Below, piece after piece: positions 34,976-48,059 of a DNA stretch of 64,000 nt (the first letter of the stretch is position 1; every line of letters starts with the position of its first letter). Location: contig NC_043015.1 of assembly GCF_006345805.1 (NCBI RefSeq), positions 47,678,001 to 47,742,000 on the forward strand, written 5' to 3'. A program made the position numbers and the translations under genes. Below the pieces are notes generated by a model. The model was not told where the DNA came from and made no database searches. It saw only the letters and a list, made by a program, of their open reading frames with translations. The DNA is from Octopus sinensis (lineage: Eukaryota).

Positions 34976-35425
34976 TAATAATAATAATAATAATAAATGC
35001 CTTGATGCAGTACCAGGCAGTTGGAAGTGTTATCATGTACATTGTTTTGTCTTGGTATAAAAGATGGACTACAGCAAATATTCTGCTCAATACCAAAGAT
35101 TTGCTTGTCAGTTGTTTGACCTTTACCAGTTGAGCACGGCCCTTAGTGGCTGACGATATGTGCAGCTCTGACTACGAGCAGAAGTAGTGGGGGAGCATCA
35201 TAGCCGTGTGTTGAAAGGAATTCTTGGAGGTTTGGATAATTCACCTCTGGAAACATGGGTGGTTCGTTCAACAGCCTTAATCCTTTTGAGCAGGATGGGC
35301 TACTCGACCAGAAGAAAATTCTAACTGGGACCCGCCTGCTAGGTCATGCGCTATTTATCTTGATATGAGATCACCATGTCGCGCACATATGGCTGTGATG
35401 CATGTGCCTGGTGTACCCTTAACAG
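34341..35425 (-). mobile_element. Two head-to-tail copies of a ~560-bp non-coding retroposon embedded in (AAT)n
   Basis: Copies at about 34372-34928 and 34995-35425 each start (on plus) AAATGCC.TGATGCAGTACCAGGCAGT directly after (AAT)n tracts. Confidence 0.75.
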
Positions 35426-35563
35426 ATGCATATTATTTAACACACACAATACATGTTTTTATGTGCTACCAATAGTTTCTTATGCTGAGAACATGCCAAA
35501 TAAGGAATTATAACATGTGTAATATCCCAATATAGTCATCATGCACTAACAACATTGTATATA

Positions 35564-35731
35564 TACATGCACACCGTGGCTGTGTGGTAAGAAGCTTTCT
35601 TCTCAACCACATAGTTCCGAGTTCAGTCCCACTACTTGGCACCTTCGGCAAATGTCTTCTACTATAACCTAGTGCCGACAGAAGGCTTGTGAATGGATTT
35701 GCTAGACGGAAACTGAAAGAATCTCGTCATG

Positions 35732-35771
<40 letters not shown>

Positions 35772-35966
35772 TATAAATACATGTTGTCAATGAGACCCAA
35801 ATGTGTCAGGTAATGCTGGGTAAGTGCTATGGACAGACCATAGTTAAGCTCCAGGTTCGGTGATTATGCGAATAAGGAGTTCAAGGTAGGTCATATATCA
35901 GCATGTGTATACATAAAATTTTTCTTTTCCAGAATGAGCTAAAAACATACATACATACATACATAC
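35564..35966 (+). mobile_element. Composite SINE A head + alternative ~190-bp tail ending in (CATA)n
   Basis: Near-identical inverted copy at 43245-43704, sharing diagnostic variants (CTACTTGGCACCTTCGGCAAATG, GCTAGACGG). Confidence 0.8.
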
Positions 35967-36889
35967 TTGAAACACGCACAGAGATAAGCACAGACATTTA
36001 AGGCCGTTATTCTATACTTTTTGGATTATGATTTCGTAAGAAATTAAGAGTGCCCCTAAAGATAGCTAAGATGAATTGCGTGTGTGTGTGTGTGTGCGTG
36101 CATGTATTCACTGACAAAAATGGGCCTCTTCAGAGCTTTTTGGTAGAAAACAAAATAACGATTACACAGTACATCGTTCGTCAATACGCTTGAGTTAGGA
36201 CAGAATCGAGACACGGAACTTTATATACCTTAGTTTATAACATGAATGAAATCAACATTTACTCAAAATGTGTGAATCCTACAAGTCTATTAAGCGATTT
36301 GTACTGTAGCAATAGTAGTACTATGGAATATCCACATATGTACTTTCATGTTTTATAAAGTAAACTGGATAATGTATATAGAAAATGACCATGTTCATGA
36401 AATTATTTGTGATGTAGAGCCAACCATATATCTACAATCAAACTACAAAGAAAGAATCAAGAATTAATATTAATATTAAATTTTCATCTGGTATCCGCTG
36501 AATTTTCTCTAGAGAACATTCTTTCTTTGTAGTATGATCGTAGGTGATCTATTTCTAGCATATGGCTGTCCACATAGTGGTTTTTAGCTCTTAATATATA
36601 TACACATATATTAGAATTTTCTCTGATTTTTCAGATTTTTGTATGCTAGGCTACTGGTTTTTAATTGATATTAATTAAATTAATATTCAATTTATCTCCC
36701 TCATTATTTAAATATCCACAATCAGATAATAGGCATTAATAAATACGAAAAACTAAGATACGTGTGTTTTTAAACTGGTAGAAATTATAAAATCGTAGCT
36801 AGACCAAGGCTATCGTCTGAGAGAGGCGGGAAGAAAACTAAGCAACGGTTCTGCCGCTAAGGTATTGGCACATTCGTTTAAAGGGTTAA

Positions 36890-37672
36890 GGCGACGAGCT
36901 GGCAGAATCGTTAGCGAGCCGGGCAAAATGCTTAGCGGTATTTCGTCTGCCGCTACGTTCTGAGTTCAAATTCCGCCGAGGTCGACTTTGCCTTTCATCC
37001 TTTCGGGGTCGATTAAATAAGTACCAGTTACGCACTGGGGTCGATATAATCGACTTAATCCGTTTGTCTGTCCTTGTTTGTCCTCTCTGTGTTTAGCCCC
37101 TTGTGGGTAGTAAAGAAATAGGTATTGGCACTGTCGTTTAAATAGCTAAAACATGGCGCACAGATTGTTTATTTCTAGCTGCGTATTCTGATTGGCTAAA
37201 ATAATACAGACGACAACGGTGATCAGTGATCGTGTAATCTGTTTAACTGGCTAAAATAAAGCTTGTGACTAGTTAAAATAACAGACGTGAAAATCAAACT
37301 GTCATCTCCTTAAGGTCGCTGCATTAGCTTCTATTTTTCTCTCTATTCTCTTCCCACGTGACCGATAGGCCAGACTGCTCGCTCTTTTTTGAGTCTGACC
37401 GTGATCCGTGCAACATCGATATTCTGAGCTGGCAGAAACGTTAGCACGCCGGGCGAAATGCTCAGCGGTATTTCGTCTGCCGTATTTCGTATTTCGTCTG
37501 CCGTTACGTTCTGAGTTCAAGTTCTGCCGAGGTCGACTTTGCCTTTCATCCTTTCGGGGTCGATTAAATAAGTACCAGTTACGCACTAGGGTCTATATAA
37601 TCGACTTAATCCGTTTGTCTGTCCTTGTTTGTCCTCTCTGTGTTTAGCCCCTTGTGGGTAGCAAAGAAATAG
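36890..37672 (+). mobile_element. Two SINE family B copies (~36890-37125 and ~37423-37672)
   Basis: Family B head, core and tail motifs. Confidence 0.8.
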
Positions 37673-38113
37673 AAATAGATATTCTTCCCTATCTTAGTGA
37701 AACTTTTGTATCTCTGCCGTAAGGCTTCATTTCCACACACACACCAGCTTAATTCAATTCGTCCCCAGTCGAAAGACACCTGTTGTTATGTCCTGTTATT
37801 ATTATTGTATTGTATTTATATTTGTGTAACATTGTCTGTTTTTCTGTCCTTGTTTCTGTATACATTCGATGCTTTCTTCCAAGGAATCTAATGCTCTTAG
37901 ATTAGTTTTTCCTTGGGGCTGGCCAGATTGGAGCAATCTCAAGATTAATCAGCCGAAATTACGAGGATGATCTGGTTCTTGACTGAGGATAGAAAGCTTC
38001 GAATGACCCACCCTTGTTTTTTTGTATCGTCTATCTGGATGTGTTGTTGGCCCTTTTTGTATCACCTAGTTGTCCGGCCGGATGTTTTGCGTTCTTGTCC
38101 CATTTTGTATTGT

Positions 38114-38156
<43 letters not shown>

Positions 38157-38202
38157 CGACGTACGTACACTTTGTTCTCTTATATGTAAGTACACATTCT
38201 AC

Positions 38203-38255
<53 letters not shown>

Positions 38256-38859
38256 TGAATGCAAACAAGGAAGAACAAACATGAAAAAACGAGGACGTGG
38301 TACAAGTAATTTATTATCAGACGCTTAGGACAGGAAATATATATATGTATGTATGTACACACACACACACACACACACACAGATATATATATATACGTAT
38401 CTGTGTGTATGTATATAAACGTATATACGTGTGTGTGTGTACCCACATTGTCAGGAATGATACGCATGAACAACCATCAAAGAATTCAAGAACCTTTAGA
38501 ACGCTTTTCATTCAAAAGCCATTCTGACCTTCCCATTCATTCTTTGTGTTTGATTCTTTGCATTCTTCACCTTCCACTCCTCGAATACATGTGTTGGTTG
38601 TTGTCAAAACTTACTAATTAACCGTTCGGGATGCGCTGCAAAGCTGAAAGAAAATGGCACCATCGACCTTCCACGTGTCGAAGAAACACCTCTGGCTCAT
38701 GTACTGAAGCAAAATCAATAGATAATATAATAATACAAATACAGATTTTAAAAGTCATATTATAAATTATTGAATTCCATAAACTACTTCTTACAGCTGT
38801 TTCAGCCTATTGTTAAAATTGAATCCAATTTACATTGCCTATAGATGTCAATATATTAG

Positions 38860-38932
<73 letters not shown>

Positions 38933-39411
38933 TGTGCGTGCGTGTATCTAATTATGTGTGTCTGTGTTTGTGTTGGCCTTTTTACGTTGCCGCAAATTAG
39001 CGGTTCGACATAAGAGAACGATAGAATCAGTACCAGTCTTTAAAAATAAGTAGTGGGGATCGATCTATTCGGCTATACTTTTCAAGGTGGTGCCCCAGGC
39101 ATTCTATCGATAGTTCTCTGATTATTTTTCCAAAGTTTGCTTTACACATTCCGTTGGATTGTAGATCCTTTTAACTATAAAATTACTGATGTGCCTGAAG
39201 GATTAACAGGGGTACTTTGTAAACGTTGCTCCAATAGTGAATCAGGGAATTTCAGGAGGCAGATATCTCATATTTAGAATGTTAAAGGAAGCATTGCCTT
39301 TCGAAAATAGCGCAAGTGGCAGTAACAAAAATACTACTGCCATTTTCAATAAACTACTTCTGATTATTTAACAATCTCACGTCTAACGCTTTCAAATAAA
39401 TAACTCTAGAA

Positions 39412-39667
39412 CATTGGTTTCCAAACTTTTTCGGGCCACATTCCTGGCGCCCTCCACCCCCAACTAACCATCAGAAACATAGGCCTCTTTCTGAAACACA
39501 TTCACATAAATTTTATTTAATAAATAAAGCTTATCCTAATCAACCCATTATTGTGTTGTTTTTACATGAATCGCTACCCTATTATCGCCTCACTTTTCTT
39601 CAGCACTCCTTTGGAAATTTCTTCCGCACCCCCAGGGTGGCAATACCATTAACTTTGGGAACCACTG
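39412..39667. mobile_element. hAT (Charlie-like) MITE
   Basis: TIR CATTGGTTTCCAAACT / CTTTGGGAACCACTG with a perfect 8-bp TSD CTCTAGAA. Confidence 0.85.
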
Positions 39668-39697
39668 CTCTAGAAGTAACTACATTATACATGTTCC

Positions 39698-39900
39698 GCA
39701 TCGTGGTCTGGTGGTTAGAGTGTTGCACTTACGATCGCAAGATCGTGGGTTCGATTCTCGGATCAGGCGATATGTTGTGTTCTTGAGCATAGCACTTCAT
39801 CTCACGTTGACCTGCGGATCACTTCGACATCTGACGTCTGGCTTACCATGCACCTGTACAGGCAATATCGATTTGATAGAGCTTATGTGCAGCACAGGCA
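39698..39900 (+). mobile_element. tRNA-derived SINE of a third family
   Basis: A-box TGGTGGTTAGAG, B-box GGTTCGATTC, then a CORE-like GTGTTCTTGAGCATAGCACTTCATCTC. Confidence 0.6.
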
Positions 39901-39959
39901 TTTGGTCCTTATAGACAGTTCGTCTGTGAAGATTATTCAGCAAAAAAAAAATTGCATAA

Positions 39960-40370
39960 TTGCAGGAGTGGCTGTGGGGTAAGTAGCTTGCTTACCAACC
40001 ACACGGTTCTGGGTTCAGTCCCACTGCGTGGCACCTTGGGCAAGTGTCTTCTACTATAGCCTCGGGCTGACCAAAGCCTTGTGAGTGGATTTGGTAGACG
40101 GAATCTGAAAGAAGCCCGTCGTATATATATGTGTGCATATATATATATATGTATGTGTGTGCATATGTTTATGTGTCTGTGTTTGTCCCCCTAACATAGC
40201 TTGACAATCGATGCTGGGGTGTTTACGTCCCCGTAACTTAGCGGTTCGGCAAAAGAGACCGATAGATTAAGTACTAGGCTTACAAGGAATAAGTCCCGGG
40301 GTCGATTTGCTCGACTAAAGGCGGTGCTCCAGCATGGCCGCAGTCAAATGACTGAAACAAGTAAAAGAGT
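39960..40370 (+). mobile_element. SINE family A, full length
   Basis: GCAGGAGTGGCTGTG head through the AAACAAGTAAAAGAG tail. Confidence 0.9.
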
Positions 40371-41439
40371 ATAATCGTCTTTCTCGGACCTATATGATTC
40401 AGATACTCTGAATTATGCTTGTATTATTCACTCCATTAGTATTTGTTCTAGAGACATCCAGTAAACATGTTATTGTTTCAAGCGACAATGATTACGACCA
40501 TGATGATTACGGTGATTATGATGATTACGAGGATGTTGCTGCTGCTGCTGCTACTACTACCACTGACGAATAGGATAATGATGATGGTGATATCAGTGGA
40601 GTAAATGAGCAATGACATGGATTTCTTTTATGTTCCTACAGAAATTACTTCCTTTACTTGAACTGCGTTTCTGTATTCTTATTCTTATTTTCAAACAAAA
40701 CTATTCAATCAGCTTTTTTTCCCAATCTTCCTTTATCAAGTAAGCATATTCTAAAAATAAATTTTCTCATCAAAGATCCTTTTTATTCTGTTTAGTGGCA
40801 GTAAAAAAAATATTTATTTTTTTTCATTCAGTATTTTGTATTCCTATTTTTCAAACATTAGTATTATTTGAAATGGCATGGAATTGAGGTTAAGAAGTTC
40901 GCTTCCTAACCATGTATCTTTCGGTTCAGTCCCACTGCGTGGCACCTTGGACAAGTGTCTTCTACTATAGCCCAGGCCCGACCAAAACCTCGTGAGTAGA
41001 TTTGGTAGACGGAAACTGAAAGATGTTCGTCCGTTTGAATATTACTGTCCAGGTGTCGAAACCATAGTGATATCTGTTAGGCAGCTGAAGATGGGAATAT
41101 GTTTGATATACTTGTTTGTGAATCTTTTATATCTTGGGTGTCATCGTTATTTTAAGTCAGCCTTCATAATTGTATGGCTGAGCATGGTTTTGGGTTCATG
41201 ATTTATGGTGAGTTGTATACTGTTTGATTGCTTCATGTATAATTTTATTTGGCTCGGATAATACTTAATAAATGGTTACTAGTTTTGGGAGGTTCTCTGG
41301 CATATATATACACGCACGCGAGCGTGTGTGTTGTGTTTGTCCGTCACCACCGCTTGACAACCGGCATTGGTTAGTTTACGTCCCCGTAACATAGCGCTTC
41401 AGCAAAATAGAAACCGATAGAATAAATACCAGGCTTTAA

Positions 41440-44400
41440 CCCTTTTAAAACGGTTGACGTAAATTTTCGCACGCAATGTACGTGCTTTAAAGCGGTCGAC
41501 GTAATTATAGGCCACCTGACTTAGAACCTGTCGCCTGAGTTAGTAGCGGTCCACCACCTGCCAACTGATTGGCCGATTAGATGTTTCATGTAAATATTTA
41601 CAGCCCAATAAGCTGGTACTACCATTCCGGTTCTGTCAATTTGGTCTCGCGTCCTGTTTCATGGAATTTACGGTCGTCACGCCAAGCTACACCAAGCTCA
41701 AACCACCTCACCAGTCGTTACTTCCGGTTCGGACAATGACTCAGAGAGTGAGTATTTTTCTAGTTCAGAATCAAATGATTCCGATAGCGATGATGGTATT
41801 CCTGCGAATCAAAGGTACAGGAGAGCAGCAGTGAATGGCTCTGGACAACAGAATGTCGTGAGGCGAGCGACAGACAATTTCGTTCGACGGCATGTTTTTA
41901 CTGGTACGCTTGGCATAAAGACAAACCTTGAGCATGGAAGTTCGCCATTGGAAATCTTCGAGTTTTTGACGGATGAAATGATCCAGTATAATAGCGGACG
42001 AAACGAATGACTATGTTGAAAACCATCATCAGCATGTCAAACCCGGGCATGGCGGTAATTAGTTACGAACCACAGGGGACAAACTCAAAGTTCTGCTTGC
42101 CCTGCTGATACTGATGGGTATCATGAAGAAACCGACCTTGACGTCATACTGGAATCGGGATCCAGTTACGTCGACACTTTTCTTTCCGGAAACGATGTCA
42201 CGTGATCGATTTTTGGCGTTTCTTCGAAATCTTCGTTTCAACTTAGGTAAGAACCAGGATGACAGGCTGCACAAGATACGTCCTATCGTTGACGAAATGG
42301 CTGAAAATTTCAGAATGGTGTATGTCCCCCACAGAGGACTTTTGTACGGACGAGAGTTTGTAGAAATTCAAGGAAAGGCTCCGATTTAAACAATACAACC
42401 CGACCAAACGCACCGGCTTTGGAGCCAGGGTTTGCCAATCAACTGGCAGAGATTTGCCAGTCAAGATTAGCCAGTCAGCAGGCAGAGCCAAAATCTACAC
42501 TGGTCAGGACGGATTGGATCTTCCTGCGTCTACTCTAGCGTCAACCGATGTCGTGTTGTCGCTGAATTAAAACTTTTTTGACAAAGCTACAATATTTTTA
42601 TGGAGAATTGGTTTTCCAGTTCAGAACTCCTCCTGAAGCTGCAGATGAGGGGGACTAATGCTTGAGGGACTGTGAGGACGAACAGGAAAAACATGCCGCC
42701 CGATCTTCACAAGATAAAACTTCGGAAGGAGGAAACAGCACACCGATAGTGGCATTCTCGTTCTAGTATTACGTGACAAGAAAACCGTCTGCATGTTATC
42801 CACTAGGCATTCTGCAAGTATGAAGGACACTAGGAAACAAGATACAGATGGTAATGCCATACTGAAACCGAGTGTAGTTGTTTCATACAATGAGTGGATG
42901 AGCGGAGTCGATCGATCAGATCAGTTGGCGGCGACGACACACAAACCAATGAGAAAATTTGTGAAATGGTACAAAAAATGTTTTCTCGTATTTAGTTGGC
43001 ATGTGAGTCGTGAACTCATATTTGATTTGGCGGATGCTTGGCAGTGTTGGGGATGGATTGACATTCAGGAATCTATTATTCCGTGAAATAATAGAAGCAT
43101 CAGACCTGCCAAAGTACAGACCACGTGGAGGTCTCCACACCGCATGGTGAAAGGACGTGGACATCTTCCACTACTGTTTCTCCCACGCCAAGAAGACATG
43201 CTTTAAAGAGATGCATAGGTGTATGCATGTATGTAGGCATGGATGCATGCATGTATGTATGTTTTTTTATCTTATTCTGGAAAAGAAAAAAATTATATAT
43301 ACACATGCTGATATATGACCTACCTTGAACTCCTTATTCGCGTAATCATCGAACCTGGAGCTTAACTATGGTCTGTCCATAGCACTTACTCAGCATTACC
43401 TGACACCTTTGGGTCTCATTGACACAATTACCTCTCATAACCTGTCTGTCTGTCTGTCTCTATACATACATGCATGCATGCATGCATGCATGCATACATA
43501 CATACATACATACATACATACATACATACATACACACACGACAAGATTCTTTCAGTTTCCGTCTAGCAAATCCACCCACAAGTCTTCTGTCGGCACTAGG
43601 TTATAGTAGAAGACATTTGCCGAAGGTGCCAAGTAGTGGGACTGAACTCGAAACTATGTGGTTGAGAAGAAAGCTTCTTACCACACAGCCACGGTGTGCA
43701 TGTAAAGCAAAAAGGAAATGCAAGGAAACTAGATACCATTGTTCACAATGTGATATGCCACTATGTGCGGTACCTTGTTTTGAACTTGTGATTTTAGTTT
43801 TGATCACGTGACTTTGTCTCGATTGCTGCTATATGTCTGCAGTACGACTGCGCGGAGTTCTGCTCTGTTTGCGGCACGATGTGTTCAGTGTTGGTTTTGG
43901 ATAGTCGAGACTATAGCAGCTCGCTGCATAAAACTGTTATTGCGTTGAAGTTTGGTTTTGCTTACAATTTAGCATTCTTTGTTTGTATTGTATTGGATTG
44001 TCCGGAAAGTTCATGCCGATTTTTAAAGGAAAGAAAAAGGTCAATAAATACTTGCCATTACATTTTAAATCAACTAAATATGAGCCATTTTGTTGCACAA
44101 TACGTCTCTATCCTTCCTTTAACTTGAAAATACCCTCTTCCCAGAACTGAGATGGTTTCATGGCAAACAATTCATCAAGGTATCTTTTTACGTCATCCAA
44201 GAAATTGAAATTTTTACCATTAAGACTATTCTACAGAGACTTGAATAAGTGGAAATCCGAAGGAGCAATATCCGGTGAATATGGAGGGTAGGGTGACACA
44301 TCCCAGCCGAGCTGCAGCAATTTTTGTCTGATTCCCAAAGCATCAAGTGCTGAAAATGAACTTTCTTATCTTCCATTTTAAAGGGTTACAGAATTAACAC

Positions 44401-44901
44401 AGGTTATAGGAACATAAACCTTCTTCCACGGAAAGATGGCTTAAACTGTGCTCTAAATGGAGGTGTAGTCAAATCCTATTTTATAGACTCAACCATGTTC
44501 TAAAATAAGTCGAAAGGTAAGCTACTATAAATCGGCACGAAGTTTCCGGACAACCCAATAGATTGCTGTATTTTTAGTCGATTAAAACCTTTTTAACTTT
44601 GATATTCGAGTTTGGGTTTATAACAGAACTCTACCACACTAAAGTCAATTTTTGAATTCATGTGATTGTAAATAAATATATAAAGTTGATCTGACTTGTG
44701 CTGTCGAGTGATCTTATTCAAGAATGATACCGCATGAGCTTTCCTGCGCAGGGATATGGTGTAGGTAAATGAACAGTAGTTGCACTAAAGCGGTTGACGT
44801 AAATATACGCTGAACGCTACCTCACACTGAGTGCTAACCTCAATCGACGCGATTACCGTAGCCGCGCGCTGGTAACCGAATGAATCACCGCCGTAAACTG
44901 G
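41440..44901 (+). mobile_element. Decayed piggyBac (PGBD4-like) transposon with nested SINE and mariner
   Basis: TTAA|CCCTTTTAAAACGGTTGACG left end and a degenerate ...AACTGG|TTAA right end. Frameshifted transposase (MGIMKKPTLTSYWNRDP...MSRDRF; FKQYNPTKR; YNEWMSGVDRSDQ) and a C-terminal CRD (KRC...CKAKRKCKETRYHCSQCDMPLCAVPCF) split by an insertion. Confidence 0.85.
43993..44558 (-). mobile_element. Mariner internal-deletion derivative, second copy (inverted)
   Basis: Same TIRs, same deletion junction and near-identical length (566 bp) as 32310-32876. Confidence 0.92.
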
Positions 44902-44974
44902 TTAATGTGGTTGATGTAAATAAACTCCGAACCATTGTCGTGCGCTAATTGCTGATCTCAGCCGACATGATTAC

Positions 44975-45813
44975 TTGTTTCTTTATTACCCACAAGGGAC
45001 TAAACACAGAGGGGACGAACAAGGACAGACAAACGGATTAAGTCGATTATATCGACCCCAGTGCGTAACTGGTACTTAATTTATCGACTCCGAAAGGATG
45101 AAAGGCATAGTCGACCTCGGCGGAATTTGAACTCAGAACGTAACGGCAGACAAAATACGTATTTCTTTACTACCTACAAGGGGCTAAATACAGAGAGGAC
45201 GAACAAGGACAGACAAATGGATTAAGTCGATTCTATCGACCCCAGTGCGTAACTGGTACTTAATTTATCGACCCCGAAAGGATGAAAGGCAAAGTCGACC
45301 TCGGCGGAATTTGAACTCAGAACGTAACGGCAGACGAAATACGGCTACGCATTTCGCATGGTATGCTAACGGTTCTGCCAGCTCGCCGTGATGATTACCG
45401 TCAATGCAACCTAGTTGCTTGATGAAAAAAAAACCCGTTGTCATGGGGTTGAAAATAAATACTGGGGGCGATCTGTTTGATTAAAACTCTTCGAGATAGT
45501 GCCCCAGCGTGGGCGCAGTTCAAGTATTGAAACAAATAAAAGATAAAAGATTACGATGTTACATAAATTGGTGTTCAAAGAAAGATGCATCAGAGATTTG
45601 TTTTATATACTCTTTTACTTGTTTCAGTCATTTGACTGCGGCCATGCTGGAGCACCGCCTTTTAGTCGAGCAAATCGACCCCCATGACTTATTCTTTGTA
45701 AGCCAAGTACTTATTCTATCGGTCTCTTTTGCCGAACCGCTAAGTAACGGGGACGTAACACATCAGCATCGGTTGTCAAGCAATGCTAGGGGTACAAACA
45801 CAGACACACAAAA

Positions 45814-45865
<52 letters not shown>

Positions 45866-46030
45866 GACAGGCTTCTTTCAGTTTCCGTCTACCAAATCCA
45901 CTCACAAGGCATTGGTCGGCCCGGGGCTATAGCAGAAGACACTTTCCCAAGGTGCCACACAGTGGGACTGAACCCGGAACTGTGTGGTTGGTAAGCAAGC
46001 TACTTACCCCACAGCCACTCCTGCGCCTAT
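44975..46030 (-). mobile_element. SINE B dimer (~44975-45390) and SINE A (~45608-46030)
   Basis: Reverse-complement family motifs. Confidence 0.8.
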
Positions 46031-46127
46031 ATAATTATATTTTTATATAATTTTTATATAATTTAGTTGGTGTTTATATTCTGAATTTGTTGATTATCTG
46101 AAAGAAAAATGTTGTTTATATTTTCAG

Positions 46128-46165
46128 ATCACAAAGATACAGTTCAATAGGTTCGAGCAGTGATG
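46128..46165 (+). CDS. 38-nt internal coding exon of FAM124-family gene
   Basis: ATATTTTCAG|...GATG|GTGAGT; reads SQRYSSIGSSSD(G) and joins in phase 1 to the Ser-rich start of the 51820 exon. Confidence 0.7.
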
Positions 46166-46595
46166 GTGAGTGTTTTTGTAGTGATTCCGTGTAAAGAAAT
46201 GTGTTATTCGTGACTAGAAATAGCCGTCGGAATGGAATTAAAATTGTATGAGGTTGGAAGGACTGCATGACATGAAGTGACGAGAATGGTTCTTTTGTAC
46301 CACATCACATAGCTCTTTACAATAAAGAGAAATTGAGTGGAACAGATAAATTGCCAGAGGGGAAAAAAGACACAACCGCGTAGAATGATTTAAGAGGACA
46401 TTTTTGCGCTTTTAATTGCGACGTAAAATAAATAAAATGTATATAAGTTGTGATTGAAATCAGATTGTGTATGAAACTCAGCAAGAACGGGTCTTTACTA
46501 GGTATCAGTGGTTCTGAACCGGGGCCCATATGATCCTTGGGTTGGGGGTCCACATAAGATTTTGTTTTTAAGTTTATGTCCAATAAACTGGTTGT

Positions 46596-47009
46596 GGGTC
46601 TTTTCGGTTTGAACGGCAGTTTTTAAAAATAATTTCCACGTAACTAAACACTTTTAAATTTCGTATACTGGTAGAATGTGTTTATAAAACATCTTTTTCT
46701 CTTGGCTTTATTGAGAAAATTCTATAGTTTGTAAGATATTTGTTGTTTTTTATTCTTCAATTTCTGCAATTTCAACCAATCACTGACGTCTATTGAGGTA
46801 AAAAAAACATTCTGTGCCGTATGACTATGTCCCTCGTTTAAGAAACAGATTGGGCTTATTTACATTTGTGAAGAAAAAAGATACCCTTCCCCCCACCCCT
46901 AACCCTAAAACAGATTGCATTGCAATAAATCGACACTAGGGACATAATTATGGGTGACAATTTCATATGACACTGCTAGAAAAAACTGCCGTTCAAACCG
47001 AAAAGATCC
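46596..47009. mobile_element. Merlin-like MITE (~415 bp), copy 1
   Basis: TIR GG.TCTTTTCGGTTTGAACGGCAGTTTT / AAAACTGCCGTTCAAACCGAAAAGATCC; homologous to 55505-55922. Confidence 0.75.
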
Positions 47010-47245
47010 AAGGGCTGTAATAATTTGGGGGAGGGGATAGTCGATTACATCGACCCTAGTATTCAACTGGTACTTAGTTTATCAACCCCGAAAGGATAAA
47101 AGGCGAAGTCGACCTCGGTGGAAATTGAACTCAGAACGTAAAGACGAACAAAATTCCGCTAAGCATTTCGCCCGGCGTGCTAACGATTCTGCCAGTTAAC
47201 CGCTTTGATACGATTTCTAATAATATTTAATTCTAAAAATAAATA

Positions 47246-47471
47246 TTGGGTTGTCCGGAAAGTTCCTGCCGATTCTATAGCAGCTTACCTTTCGACTTAC
47301 CCTCCCAAGCACCTCAATTCTGGGAAGAGGGTATTTTCAAGTTAAAGGAAAGATGGAGATGCATTGTGCAACAAAATGGTTCATATTTGGTTGATTAAAA
47401 ATGTAATGGCAAGTATTAATTGACCTTTTTCTTTCCTTTAAAAATCGGCATGAACTTTCCGGACAACCCAA
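47246..47471 (+). mobile_element. Mariner derivative, further deleted (226 bp)
   Basis: Same TIRs as 32310-32876, TA flanks, only the 3' end of the transposase retained. Confidence 0.85.
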
Positions 47472-47512
47472 TAGGATTTTTCAAACATCAAATGGCTAGG
47501 TGAGTCCAACCG

Positions 47513-48035
<523 letters not shown>

Positions 48036-48059
48036 TTATTCACTATTACCTACATAGGA

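Noticed and set aside
37975-38010. CTGAGGA...CGAA hammerhead-like string (also CGAAAC...CTGAAGA at ~41056-41090)
   Set aside because: No A15.1-U16.1 stem III, NUH triplet or stem I pairing could be built.
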